58,241 bases of DNA from a virus (taxonomy: Duplodnaviria > Caudoviricetes). Within the stretch, counting starts at the first letter, position 1; each line of letters starts with the position of its first letter. Location: the IMG/VR virus record IMGVR_UViG_3300046167_000364, positions 1 through 58,241 of that record; one strand, given 5' to 3'. The notes beneath the pieces are model-generated. The model did no database searches, was not told the DNA's origin, and saw nothing but the letters and a program-made list of their open reading frames with translations. Made by a program: the position numbers and the translations under genes. This document shows, in pieces, positions 26,143-36,543 of this stretch.

Positions 26143-27396
26143 ATGAGTGATCTCAATATAGAGCTACTGCCTTGGCAACAAGAAGTCTGGGCAGACGATA
26201 CCCGATTTAAAATTGTAGCGGCTGGCAGACGTACGGGTAAGTCCCGCCTCGCCGCATGGATGTTGATAGTCAATGCTTTGCAGGCCGATAGGGGACATGT
26301 ATTCTACGTTGCACCAACCCAGGGACAGGCGCGGGACATCATGTGGCAAACTCTTTTGGAGTTGGGTCATCCTGTTATCGCTGGTAGTCACATCAATAAT
26401 CTCCAAATCAAACTGGTCAATGGAGCAACCATTAGCCTCAAGGGCGCCGATAGACCAGAGACGATGCGGGGTGTTAGCCTCAAGTTCTTAGTTCTCGATG
26501 AATACGCGGATATGAAGCCTGATGTATTCGAGCAAATCCTGAGACCGGCACTTGCCGACCAAAAGGGATGTGCAATGTTCATTGGGACGCCAATGGGAAG
26601 GAACCACTTTTACGAATTGTATAAGTATGCGGAGCTGGGTGATGATGAAACTTACGCGGCCTACCATTTTACTTCTTACGATAATCCTCTGCTTGATAAA
26701 GATGAAATCAATACTGCTAAAAGGAGCATGTCTAGTTATGCATTCCGTCAAGAATTTATGGCGAGCTTTGAAGCTCGTGGTTCAGAAATGTTTAAAGAAG
26801 ATTGGGTTCGGGTCGAAGCAGATCGAGAGCCCCGTGGAGACTACTACATCGCCATCGACCTCGCCGGCTTTGAAGAAGTCAACAAAAAGCGCACCAAAAA
26901 CGCGAAGCTCGACGAAACCGCGATCGCCGTCGTCGACGTCTCGGAAGAAGGCTGGTACGTCGAAAACATCATCTACGGCAGGTGGACGCTCGACGAAACG
27001 GCCATCAAAATCTTCCAAGCCGTAAGAGATTACAGGCCAGTATCCGTGGGTATCGAGAGGGGCATAGCCAAGCAAGCCGTTATGTCTCCTCTTGTTGACC
27101 TACAAAAGAAGTACGGTACGTTTTTCCGGGTAGAAGAACTAACCCACGGCAACAAAAAGAAAATAGATAGGGTCATGTGGGCATTGCAGGGCCGCTTTGA
27201 GAATGGGTATATCACCCTAAACAAAGGCGAATGGAACTCAAGATTCCTTGACCAACTGTTCCAATTCCCTGATCCTTTGACCCATGATGACTTAATAGAC
27301 GCATTGGCTTACATTGACCAACTAGCCAAAGTGGCTTATGACTATGAATACGAAATAGACGACCACGACATCTTAGACATAGTGGCGGGATACTAA
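26143..27396 (+). CDS. terL: Terminase large subunit
   Basis: AGRRTGKS, YVAPT, VLDE, IGTP, AIDLAG, HDDLIDA. Confidence 0.95.
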   Translation: MSDLNIELLPWQQEVWADDTRFKIVAAGRRTGKSRLAAWMLIVNALQADRGHVFYVAPTQGQARDIMWQTLLELGHPVIAGSHINNLQIKLVNGATISLKGADRPETMRGVSLKFLVLDEYADMKPDVFEQILRPALADQKGCAMFIGTPMGRNHFYELYKYAELGDDETYAAYHFTSYDNPLLDKDEINTAKRSMSSYAFRQEFMASFEARGSEMFKEDWVRVEADREPRGDYYIAIDLAGFEEVNKKRTKNAKLDETAIAVVDVSEEGWYVENIIYGRWTLDETAIKIFQAVRDYRPVSVGIERGIAKQAVMSPLVDLQKKYGTFFRVEELTHGNKKKIDRVMWALQGRFENGYITLNKGEWNSRFLDQLFQFPDPLTHDDLIDALAYIDQLAKVAYDYEYEIDDHDILDIVAGY

Positions 27397-27397
27397 T

Positions 27398-29422
27398 ATG
27401 AGCGACCTGTACGAACAAGATCCTTTAATGATCCAAGAATCCTTAGAGGATTGGGTTATAACAAAGTGCGAGGATTGGCGTGATTACTATGAATCTAACT
27501 ATGAAGACCGCTTTGAAGAATACTATCGGCTATGGCGTGGGATTTGGGATCCCGCTGACAGTGAGCGCCGGAGTGAGCGTAGCCGTATTATCTCTCCTGC
27601 TTTACAACAGGCTGTTGAATCTAATGTTGCTGAGTTAGAAGAAGCGACGTTTGGGCGGGGTAAATGGTTTGATGTCTCTGACAACCTTGGGGACACCTCA
27701 AAAGAAGACGTTCTTTTCCTGAGAAACAAGCTTACCGAAGACTTTGAAGACTGCATGATTCGTAAGTCTGTTGCGGAATGCCTTATCAATGCCGCCGTAT
27801 TTGGTACAGGCATTGGCGAAATCGTCATTGAAGAAATGAAAGAAATGTCTCCTGCCACTCAACCTATTATGGATGGTGACCTTCAGGCAGTAGGCGTTAA
27901 TATTCAAGACAGAGTAAAAGTTAAGCTCAGACCTGTGCTTCCCCAGAACTTCTTAATTGACCCTGTCGCTACAAGTGTTGATGAGGCATTAGGTGTTTGT
28001 ATTGATGAGTTTGTTAGCCGTCACCAAGTAGAGCTTCTTCAAGAGCAAGGCGTTTATCGTGATGAAATACTAGGCAGTGCCGCACCTGACACTGACCTTG
28101 AGCCCGATCAAGACATTACGATCTATAACGACGACAAAATTCGCCTTACTAAATACTACGGCCTTGTTCCTCGTGATCTTTTAAACAACGCAATGAGTGA
28201 TGAAAACGACTTTGGCGATGGCGAAGATACAAAGTACGTTGAGGCAATCGTTGTTATTGCTAACGGCGGAATACTTCTTAAAGCAGAAGCCAATCCTTAT
28301 ATGATGCAGGATCGTCCGGTCGTAGCATTCCCGTGGGATGTAGTGCCTGGGCGGTTCTGGGGAAGAGGCGTTTGCGAGAAAGGCTACAACTCACAGAAAG
28401 CACTCGATACAGAGCTTCGGGCTAGAATTGACGCACTAAGCTTGACTATCCACCCAATGATGGCCTTGGATGCAACCAGACTGCCTAGAGGTGCTAAACC
28501 AGAAATACGTCCCGGTAAGATGATTCTGACTAACGGAGATCCTAGAGAGGTGCTCCAGCCGTTTAACTTTGGTCAGGTTAATCAGATTACTTTTGCGCAA
28601 GCTGGTGCGTTACAGCAGATGGTTCAGCAAGCTACAGGCGCAGTGGACTCAGCAGGTATTGCAGGGCAGGTTAACGGTGAATCTACAGCGGCAGGAATTA
28701 GCATGTCGTTGGGTGCGCTGATTAAGCGCCACAAGCGCACACTAATTAACTTCCAACAGTCTTTCTTGATTCCGTTTGTTAAGAAGGCCGCACATAGGTA
28801 TATGCAATTTGATCCCGAATCTTACCCCGTTGCAGATTACAAGTTTAACGCTAGTAGCACTCTGGGTATTATTGCTCGTGAGTACGAAGTTACTCAGCTA
28901 GTGCAGTTGTTGCAGACGATGGGCAAAGACTCTCCTTTGTACACAACGCTTATTCAATCGGTAGTAGACAACATGAACTTGTCTAACCGCGAGGAACTTA
29001 TTGCGGCGATGCAACAGGCGATGCAACCTAATCCGCAGGCACAGCAAATGCAGATGCAAGCACAGCAGTTGCAGATGCAGTTCCAGCAATCTCAAACAGC
29101 GGCACTGTCTGCGCAGGCACAAGAGTCTGCGGCTAGAGCGCAAAAGCTTTCGGCTGAAGCGGCAGTGGTTCCGCAAGAGCTTGAGATTGACAGGATCAAT
29201 GCTGTTACCCGAAACTTGCGTGAAGGCGATCAAGACGACAAAGAGTTTGAGCGTCGTTTAAAAGTTGCTGACACACTACTTAAAGAGAAACAAATCCAAG
29301 GAAAAGAGAATGCTAACCGACAGAGAACTCCAAATGATCTTCCAGCGGTTCCAAAGCCAAATGGAGCCACTCCAGCGCCAAGTGCAGGAACTCCAAGCCA
29401 AGGTGGAGGCTTTAACCAATGA
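27398..29422 (+). CDS. Portal protein
   Basis: 674 aa directly after terL; FWGRG, NFLIDP motifs; Q-rich C-terminal helix. Confidence 0.85.
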   Translation: MSDLYEQDPLMIQESLEDWVITKCEDWRDYYESNYEDRFEEYYRLWRGIWDPADSERRSERSRIISPALQQAVESNVAELEEATFGRGKWFDVSDNLGDTSKEDVLFLRNKLTEDFEDCMIRKSVAECLINAAVFGTGIGEIVIEEMKEMSPATQPIMDGDLQAVGVNIQDRVKVKLRPVLPQNFLIDPVATSVDEALGVCIDEFVSRHQVELLQEQGVYRDEILGSAAPDTDLEPDQDITIYNDDKIRLTKYYGLVPRDLLNNAMSDENDFGDGEDTKYVEAIVVIANGGILLKAEANPYMMQDRPVVAFPWDVVPGRFWGRGVCEKGYNSQKALDTELRARIDALSLTIHPMMALDATRLPRGAKPEIRPGKMILTNGDPREVLQPFNFGQVNQITFAQAGALQQMVQQATGAVDSAGIAGQVNGESTAAGISMSLGALIKRHKRTLINFQQSFLIPFVKKAAHRYMQFDPESYPVADYKFNASSTLGIIAREYEVTQLVQLLQTMGKDSPLYTTLIQSVVDNMNLSNREELIAAMQQAMQPNPQAQQMQMQAQQLQMQFQQSQTAALSAQAQESAARAQKLSAEAAVVPQELEIDRINAVTRNLREGDQDDKEFERRLKVADTLLKEKQIQGKENANRQRTPNDLPAVPKPNGATPAPSAGTPSQGGGFNQ

Positions 29423-29501
29423 GCAAGAAGGATCCGCGCCTCGAACGCGTAGGCGTAAGCGGGTACAACAAGCCGAAGAAAACCCCCAGCCATCCCACTA
29501 A
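29310..29501 (+). CDS. Overprinted 63-aa coiled-coil protein
   Basis: AAGGA RBS; heptads LQRQVQELQAKVEAL; lies wholly within portal end and next gene. Confidence 0.5.
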   Translation: MLTDRELQMIFQRFQSQMEPLQRQVQELQAKVEALTNEQEGSAPRTRRRKRVQQAEENPQPSH

Positions 29502-29703
29502 ATCGCATGTTGTAGTTGCGAAAGAGGGTGATAAGATCAAGACCATACGGTTTGGTCAGCAGGGAGTAAAAGGTGCAGGTAAGAACCCTAAAAGCGCAAA
29601 GGACAAAGCGCGAAAAAAGAGTTACTACGCCCGGCACAATGCCCAGGACTCAAATCCCAGTAAACTATCTGCGCGTTATTGGTCGCATAAGGTCAAATGG
29701 TAA
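29419..29703 (+). CDS. Small highly basic protein
   Basis: GGAGG RBS; KTIRFGQQG, YYARH, SARYWS. Confidence 0.75.
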   Translation: MSKKDPRLERVGVSGYNKPKKTPSHPTKSHVVVAKEGDKIKTIRFGQQGVKGAGKNPKSAKDKARKKSYYARHNAQDSNPSKLSARYWSHKVKW

Positions 29704-29708
29704 AGGCT

Positions 29709-29855
29709 ATGAAAGTTAAAGCACCTGACGGCTATCACTGGATGAAGAAAGGTAAAGAGTACAAGCTGATGAAAGATCCATCCGAAGGCTACAAGCCACA
29801 CAAGGGTGCATCTAAGTCAGCAGATTTTACGGTTCAGAAGGTTCATAAAAAGTAA
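29709..29855 (+). CDS. 48-aa basic protein (not in ORF track)
   Basis: MKVKAPDGYHWMKKG...; fills operon gap. Confidence 0.65.
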   Translation: MKVKAPDGYHWMKKGKEYKLMKDPSEGYKPHKGASKSADFTVQKVHKK

Positions 29856-29865
29856 GGAGAGCGTT

Positions 29866-29970
29866 ATGCCCGGTTACGGAATGAAGACAACTAAGCCAAA
29901 GAAGAAGCCTGCTATGCCTAAGCGTAATGGGCGCATGATGACTAACAAGAAGAACAAAAAGAAGAAGTAG
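29866..29970 (+). CDS. 34-aa Lys/Met-rich peptide (not in ORF track)
   Basis: AAGGAG RBS; MPGYGMKTTKPKKK...KKKK. Confidence 0.6.
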   Translation: MPGYGMKTTKPKKKPAMPKRNGRMMTNKKNKKKK

Positions 29971-29972
29971 TC

Positions 29973-30152
29973 ATGCCTAAAGCAAAAGCAAAGCCTAAAA
30001 AGAAAAGTGCTATACCTGACAACGTAAAGAACAAAGCTCTTTACTCGCGGGTTAAATCTGAGGCCAAACGTAAGTTTGATGTTTACCCCAGTGCGTACGC
30101 TAATGCATGGCTAGTTAAGACCTACAAAAAACGTGGTGGGACTTATGGCTAA
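29973..30152 (+). CDS. 59-aa basic protein (not in ORF track)
   Basis: LYSRVKSEAKRKFDVYPSAYANAWLVKTYKKRGGTY. Confidence 0.7.
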   Translation: MPKAKAKPKKKSAIPDNVKNKALYSRVKSEAKRKFDVYPSAYANAWLVKTYKKRGGTYG

Positions 30153-30399
30153 AACAAAAGGTGGGCTAACTAAGTGGTTTAAAGAGGATTGGGTAGACGT
30201 TAAGACGGGTAAGTCTTGTGGTCGTAAGTCAGCCAAGAAAAGCAAGCGCCCCTACCCTTCTTGTCGCCCCAAAGCTGTTGCGGCAAAGATGACTGCGGCA
30301 GAAAAAAAGTCCTCGGCAAAGCGAAAAACTGGGCCAGCCAAGATTAAACATGCTGTTACGGCTTCTGGTCGGAGACGTAAGACCACCAAAAAAGCCTGA
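30145..30399 (+). CDS. Small basic protein
   Basis: GLTKWFKEDWVD, CGR, YPSCRP. Confidence 0.7.
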   Translation: MAKTKGGLTKWFKEDWVDVKTGKSCGRKSAKKSKRPYPSCRPKAVAAKMTAAEKKSSAKRKTGPAKIKHAVTASGRRRKTTKKA

Positions 30400-30424
30400 C
30401 ATTTTTAAAAAACCGTGCTAAAAC
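30396..30424 (+). promoter_or_regulatory. Possible promoter for scaffold/capsid genes
   Basis: CTGACA-17-TAAAAC with TG extension in intergenic gap. Confidence 0.35.
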
Positions 30425-30453
30425 GCACAAATCAACCAAAGAGAGAATGAGAT

Positions 30454-30708
30454 ATGACACCTGAACTTGAGGAGTACTTTGACAACTACAATATGCTTTT
30501 TAGCCATCCGGGTTTTAAGCAGTTGATTGAAGAGTTAGGTAACAACGCTAGACAGCTAGCAGACCTTCAAACCGTCAAAGATCAGGAAGAATTGTTTTAT
30601 CGCAAAGGCCAAGTTGCCGCATTAGCTACAGTTATCAACCTTGAGGGGACGATTTCTGCGGCGCGAGACCAAGCCGAGGCGGAAGCTCAGGAAGAGCTTG
30701 ATGTATAA
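30454..30708 (+). CDS. Head-module hypothetical protein
   Basis: LFSHPGFKQL...LFYRKGQ; synteny. Confidence 0.7.
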   Translation: MTPELEEYFDNYNMLFSHPGFKQLIEELGNNARQLADLQTVKDQEELFYRKGQVAALATVINLEGTISAARDQAEAEAQEELDV

Positions 30709-30934
30709 AATATATGACTTTCGCTGTGATTGCGGTCGTATATTTGAAAAGATGGTACGCAGTGGAGAGACAGTCAGTAGGTGCGACTGTGGCTTGACTG
30801 CTACTAAGATGCTGTCAGCGCCTAAGTGCGTACTCGATGGGCATTCTGGAGACTTTCCGGGGCGTCATATGAAATGGGTACGGGAACACGAAGCCGCTGG
30901 CAGGAAACGTAAATCTCCAACTGACGGAGTTTAA
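30701..30934 (+). CDS. FmdB-like zinc-ribbon protein
   Basis: IYDFRCDCG..FE...RCDCG. Confidence 0.7.
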   Translation: MYKIYDFRCDCGRIFEKMVRSGETVSRCDCGLTATKMLSAPKCVLDGHSGDFPGRHMKWVREHEAAGRKRKSPTDGV

Positions 30935-30935
30935 T

Positions 30936-31751
30936 ATGTCACGAGCAACAATGCTTGATCCCCACCTCGAAGAGGAGAATGCGGACAACGTTGAAACTGA
31001 AGTAAACGAGATTCAGGAGCCTGAAGAGGCTGTTGAGCAACCTCAAGACGCAGTAGAGCAAGACACTGATGACGATATTCCAGAGCGTTACCGTGGTAAA
31101 TCTCTGAAAGACGTTGTTCAGATGCACCAAGAAGTTGAAAAGGTGATGAGTCGACACTCTTCTGAAGTCGGTGAGCTTCGTAAGGTAGTGGATGAATACA
31201 TTAGTAATCAGACACCACCGCAAGCACCTGAGCAAATTGTCGAACCCGAGAGTGATATTGATTACTTTACGGATCCTCAAGGCGCTGTTAATAGGGCAAT
31301 TGAGAATCATCCTAAGATTAAGGAGGCTCAGAAATACACTGAAGACTATAGGAAACAAGCGGCGTTATCGTCTCTGGGTAACAAACACCCAGATATGCAA
31401 ACAATTCTTGGTGACCCTAAGTTTGCAGAGTGGATCAAAGCTTCCAAAATTAGGACTCAATTATTTGTAGAGGCCGACCAACAGTACAATGCTGACGCGG
31501 CTGATGAACTGTTTTCACTCTGGAAAGAGCGTAAGACAGTTGCACAGCAAACCGCTAATGTTGAAAAACAGGTTCGTAAGCAACAGCTGAAGGCGGCTAA
31601 TACAGGTAAAGCCAAGGGTAGCGCCGAGAAGTCCACAAAGAAGATATATCGCAGGGCCGACATTATTAGACTAATGAACGATGACCCCGCGCGTTACCAA
31701 TCCTTGTCAGGTGAAATCCTGCAAGCATACGCAGAGGGTCGAGTCAGATAA
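30936..31751 (+). CDS. Capsid scaffolding protein
   Basis: Acidic N-terminus, PERYRGKS, ends AYAEGRVR; directly before capsid. Confidence 0.8.
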   Translation: MSRATMLDPHLEEENADNVETEVNEIQEPEEAVEQPQDAVEQDTDDDIPERYRGKSLKDVVQMHQEVEKVMSRHSSEVGELRKVVDEYISNQTPPQAPEQIVEPESDIDYFTDPQGAVNRAIENHPKIKEAQKYTEDYRKQAALSSLGNKHPDMQTILGDPKFAEWIKASKIRTQLFVEADQQYNADAADELFSLWKERKTVAQQTANVEKQVRKQQLKAANTGKAKGSAEKSTKKIYRRADIIRLMNDDPARYQSLSGEILQAYAEGRVR

Positions 31752-31768
31752 TCCAATAGGAGATTGAC

Positions 31769-32743
31769 ATGGCTACTGCAACATACCCCGGCGCAGGCGG
31801 TAATACTGCGAAGACTGAAGCGGCTACTTTCATCCCAGAAATCTGGAGTGATGAGATTATTGCGGCTTACCAAAAGAACCTGAAGATGGCTCCGCTTGTT
31901 AAAAAGCTTGCCATGTCAGGTAAGAAAGGCGACAAGCTTCACATTCCAAAGCCCGTACGTGGTGATGCGAATGCGAAAGCGGCTGACACTGCGGTAACAA
32001 TTATCGCAAACACCGAAGGCGAATTGACTGTTGATATCGACCGTCACTTCGAATATTCACGTCTAATCGAAGACATCGTAGAAGTACAGGCACTTTCTAG
32101 CCTCCGTCAGTTCTATACTGAAGATGCGGGTTACGCGCTTTCAGTGCAGGTTGATAACGATCTCCACGCGGCAGGTACTGGTTTTGGTGACGGTGGTGCT
32201 GTTGTATTCAGCCCAGCGGCTACTGACTACCAGCACACTGGTTGTTTTTTCAACGACGGCGGTACAACTACTCAGTACACTGACGATACTATCGTTCCTG
32301 CTGACGTGTTTACCGATGCGTTCTTCCGTGACATGATCCAGAAGCTTGATGACAACAACGTACCTATGGATGGACGTTCACTTATCATTCCACCTTCTGT
32401 TCGTAACACTATTATGGGTATCGACCGTTACGTGTCTTCTGACTTCGTATCGGGCCAAGCTGTTAACTCTGGCTTGATCGGTAACCTTTACGGTGTAGAC
32501 GTATACGTTTCAGCTAACTGCCGTACTATCGAAGCGGCGGCAGACAACACAGCTGGAGCGGCTGATACTCGTGCGGCTCTTTTGTTCCACTCTGACGCTA
32601 TCGTCATGGCAGAACAGCAAGCAGTTCGTTCGCAGACTCAGTACAAGCAGGAATACCTCTCAACTCTGTATACGGCTGATTGCCTGTACGGTGTTCAGGT
32701 ATATCGTCCTGAAGCTGGTTTCGTACTCGCAGTCGCTGAGTAA
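31769..32743 (+). CDS. Major capsid protein
   Basis: FIPEIWS, GDKLHIP, GNLYGVDVYVSAN, LYGVQVYRPE; strong RBS and terminator. Confidence 0.9.
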   Translation: MATATYPGAGGNTAKTEAATFIPEIWSDEIIAAYQKNLKMAPLVKKLAMSGKKGDKLHIPKPVRGDANAKAADTAVTIIANTEGELTVDIDRHFEYSRLIEDIVEVQALSSLRQFYTEDAGYALSVQVDNDLHAAGTGFGDGGAVVFSPAATDYQHTGCFFNDGGTTTQYTDDTIVPADVFTDAFFRDMIQKLDDNNVPMDGRSLIIPPSVRNTIMGIDRYVSSDFVSGQAVNSGLIGNLYGVDVYVSANCRTIEAAADNTAGAADTRAALLFHSDAIVMAEQQAVRSQTQYKQEYLSTLYTADCLYGVQVYRPEAGFVLAVAE

Positions 32744-32752
32744 TGATGCCTG

Positions 32753-32779
32753 GCCCCCTTCGGGGGGCTTTTCTTCTTT
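32753..32779 (+). terminator. Intrinsic terminator after capsid gene
   Basis: GCCCCC-TTCG-GGGGGC-TTTTCTTCTTT. Confidence 0.85.
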
Positions 32780-32806
32780 GTACCCCAATTTGCATAGGAA
32801 CCTCAG

Positions 32807-35800
32807 ATGTCTAACTACACTAAGACTACAGACTTTGAAGCCAAGGATTCGTTACCTACGGGTGATTCAGAAAAGATTATTCGGGGATCTGAATTCGAGA
32901 CAGAGTTCGATGCAATCTCCACAGCTATTGCGACTAAAGCTGACACGGCAGGGCCTACGTTTACCGGAACCCTGACTTTTGAAACCATTTCCGATGGATC
33001 TATTAACGTCACTGCCTTTGTTGATGAAGACAACATGGCGTCTGATAGTGCGACATTAGTTCCAACACAGCAGTCCGTAAAAGCGTACGTTGACTCTGTA
33101 ACCACAGAACTCCAAGCGCAAGACCTAGACTTTCAAGCAGACTCAGGCGGCGCACTAAATATTGATTTAGATACTGAGACCATGACCTTTACAGGCGGTA
33201 CTGGTATTGACACGTCTGGCTCAGGTAATGCCGTTACCTTTGATATTGACTCTACTGTTACCACTCTGACTGGTACACAAACACTTACTAACAAGACGCT
33301 TACTGCTCCTACTATCTCCGGCAACCTAACTACAGACGGAACCATTGATGGCCGTGATGTTGCTACAGATGGCGCTAAGTTAGATGGCATAGAAGCAAGT
33401 GCTACTGCTGACCAAACAGCCGCAGAAATTCGTACACTGGTTGAATCAGCTACCGACTCTAACGTTTTTACTGACGCAGATCACAGCAAGCTAGACGGCA
33501 TTGAGGCTAGTGCTACAGCAGATCAGACAGATGCTGAGATTAGAGCCGCAGTAGAAGCCGCTACGGACTCCAATGTATTTACCGATGCTGACCACACTAA
33601 ACTAGACGGTATTGAAGCCTTAGCAGACGTAACGGACACAACTAACGTTACAGCCGCTGGTGCCTTAATGGACTCAGAGCTAACTAACCTTACTGCTGTT
33701 AAGTCTCTGGATCAAGGCGTAGCAACTACTGACACTCCAACCTTTGCAGGTCTAACGACTACAGCAGACGTGTCTTTTGGCGACAACGACAAAGCTATCT
33801 TCGGTGCTGGCTCTGACCTACAGATTTATCATTCAAGTTCGCAAAGTTATATTGAAGATGCAGGTTCAGGAAATTTAAATTTTAAATCGAACGGCAACAA
33901 CTTTAACTTCTTGGACGGAAGCGACAATGTTGTTATGCAAATTGATATGGATTCAGAGACAACTCTATATCACAACACAAATGCCAAACTAGCCACAACC
34001 GTCCACAGGCATCGACGTAACTGGCGCAGTTGTAGCCGATGGGCTTACTGTAGATGCGGCACAAAGTAACTTTAATGACAGTGCAGGGTCGGTTATAGCT
34101 TTCCAAAAATCTGCAAGCGCAAAAGCGTGGATATCTAATAGGTCTTATAGTTTTCACAATGGCAACGGTCTTGCTATTAACACTACAGACGCTAACCCCA
34201 TAATATTCGGCACAAACAATGCAGAACGCCTACGCATAGACTCATCAGGCAATGTCGGTATTGGTACTACGAATCCTGACCGTGCTATTAAAATTGAAAA
34301 AGACAATGCGTACGTCTGGATCGCTGACGCTGAGGGAGGAAACGTAGGCTTTATTGGGGGCAGTGGATCAAACGATGGACTCCTTCGTCTTTATGAAGGC
34401 GCGGGGCATACCGCAAAAGTAGAAATACATAGTGACGCTGACAGTTATTTCAATGGCGGCAATGTTGGTATCGGCACTAGCAGTCCAGCTAACAAACTTC
34501 ACGTTATGGGCGATAGCTCAACTAGGAACACTATTGTTTCTAATGTGACTCTTGATGGCGGTACTACTGTAGCTAACCCATATGAAGGTTTTGGTTTTGG
34601 CGTTGATTTTATTGGCAGAGATTACGGCAACGCTGTCAGAAACTACGCAGGTATCTATAGCTTAATGGAGCACAAATCTTCATCTTCTGGCGGTGGAGAT
34701 GCTGGATTTAAAACAGGATTAAGTTTTTATACAAACAGTGGTGGAGCAAGTAATACTAATCCAAGTGAAAAGATGCGTATCGACTCCGACGGCAACGTAG
34801 GTATTGGCACTAGCAGTCCGTCATATCCTTTAACCGTCCATGACACTGGCGATGGCATTAAATTTGAAGTCAGCGATACAGTCGATGCTAACTACAGAAT
34901 ACAAGTAAGCGGCAGTGATATTGTTACAGGCCCGTCAACTTCCAGTGCTTATACGTTTCAAACGGGCAACACAGAACGTATGCGCATCACAAACACTGGT
35001 GATGTAGAAGTAAAATCAGGTGGTAAGTTACAAGCAAACAGAGCTGACAACGCCAGAAACATTCAGCTGTTCAATGACAGTGATTTTGGGACAATACAAA
35101 CCTCAAATGACCCAATAAAAATTGCCTCTCAAGCGTACACGCGCTTTGACGTAGGCGGCGCCGAACGACTCCGCATAGATGCTAGCGGTAACTTGCTGGT
35201 GTCTGGCACTGAAGCTAACCCTGCTCAGAACAACACAACTGATGCAATCTCATTGCACAATGCTGGTTTGTTACGTGCATCTACTACGAATGCGGCGGCT
35301 CCTTTAGATTTAAATGTTAAGTCTCGTGATGGTGATATTGCGACATTCCGCAAAGACGGCACCTTAGTCGGTAGTATTGGTAGTGTCAGTGGTTATTTGT
35401 ATGTAGGCGGTACAGCAGGTGATGACGCTTTCTTGTCTTTCGGTGTTAATGGTGTTCGCCCTTCTACTTCTGCTGGTGCCGCTAGAGACGCCGCTATAGA
35501 TCTTGGTGGCTCAACTAACCGCTTCAAAGACCTTCACCTGTCAGGCGGTGTCTACCTAGGCGGCACAGGTTCAGCCAACCATCTGGATGACTATGAAGAA
35601 GGGACGTGGACTCCTACGTTTTTAGGGTCATCAACTGACCCAACTGTTACATACGGAACAAGACACGCAACTTACACAAAAGTCGGTCGTCTTGTAACTT
35701 TATTTTTTGACATGACTATTAGTTCGTATTCAGGCGGAAGCGGTACTGTAAAAGTAGGAGGCTTGCCTGTAGCCCAAAGCGGTAATGCAAGAGGTGTTGG

Positions 35801-35966
35801 TCTTACTGTTGGTTCGACAGGAGTAACACACACACAAGCTTTGAGCGCTCAAGCTATCGGAAGCGCTCTTTTCATAAATGAAAGTGGTATCGGAGACTTG
35901 CCAGTCTCAGACGTTTCAACAAGCGGTTGGCGGATAATTGCAGAGTGTTCATATACAGCCGCCTAA
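32807..35966 (+). CDS. Tail fibre (B-type C-terminus), interrupted by +1 G at 34001
   Basis: Removing G34001 restores LATTSTGIDVTG and joins the 32807 and 34506 ORFs; 37-aa KLDGIEA repeats. Confidence 0.8.
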
Positions 35967-36009
35967 TTATCTCAAGTGGACTCTTGAGACGGACTAACAG
36001 GAGACAACA

Positions 36010-36222
36010 ATGTCACTAACTAAAGAAGTAGTAGCAGACAAAATCGAAGTAGTAGCTACAGAGGACGGCCAAGTCGTTCAAGTACGCACTGCTACTCGTG
36101 TATTAGAAGACGGTGCTGTAATTTCACAGTCGTATCACCGTCATGTAATTCAGTCAGGTGACGACTGGTCATCTGAACCCTCTAACGTGCAGGCTATCTG
36201 CAACGCAGTATTTGGAGCATAA
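36010..36222 (+). CDS. Small tail-fibre-associated protein
   Basis: Homolog of 2403-2630. Confidence 0.75.
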   Translation: MSLTKEVVADKIEVVATEDGQVVQVRTATRVLEDGAVISQSYHRHVIQSGDDWSSEPSNVQAICNAVFGA

Positions 36223-36224
36223 CA

Positions 36225-36530
36225 ATGGCTACATGGACTATCGCAAACCTTGAGCGTAACTTAGCAGACGGCGGTGTAACCGTTGCACACTGGCGTGTTA
36301 CTGAATCTGAAACTGTTGGTGACGACACATTCACTGCATCTTCATACGGCACTGTAGGCTTTACACCTGACGCTGATGCTGACGGCTTTGTAGCTTACGA
36401 TGACCTTACTGAGTCTGCTGTACTAGCATGGGTACACGAGTCAGTCGATCAGGATGCTACTGAGGCGGCACTGACAGCCAACATCGAAGCACAGAAGAAC
36501 CCTGTGTCTGCTGATGGGATGCCTTGGTAG
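36225..36530 (+). CDS. Small tail-fibre-associated protein
   Basis: Homolog of 2633-2950. Confidence 0.75.
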   Translation: MATWTIANLERNLADGGVTVAHWRVTESETVGDDTFTASSYGTVGFTPDADADGFVAYDDLTESAVLAWVHESVDQDATEAALTANIEAQKNPVSADGMPW

Positions 36531-36543
36531 TTAGTTTTGGCTG

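Larger units (their letters stand above)
1..33309. mobile_element. Phage genome unit A (podovirus-like, about 33.3 kb, complete circularly permuted gene set)
   Basis: Contains terS, terL, portal, scaffold, capsid, tail, lysis, replication and early genes once each; the sequence at base 1 recurs at 33310. Confidence 0.9.

Noticed and set aside
26552-27075. Overlapping genes inside terL
   Set aside because: The open alternative frames are explained by the C-ending codon patch; products are low-complexity.
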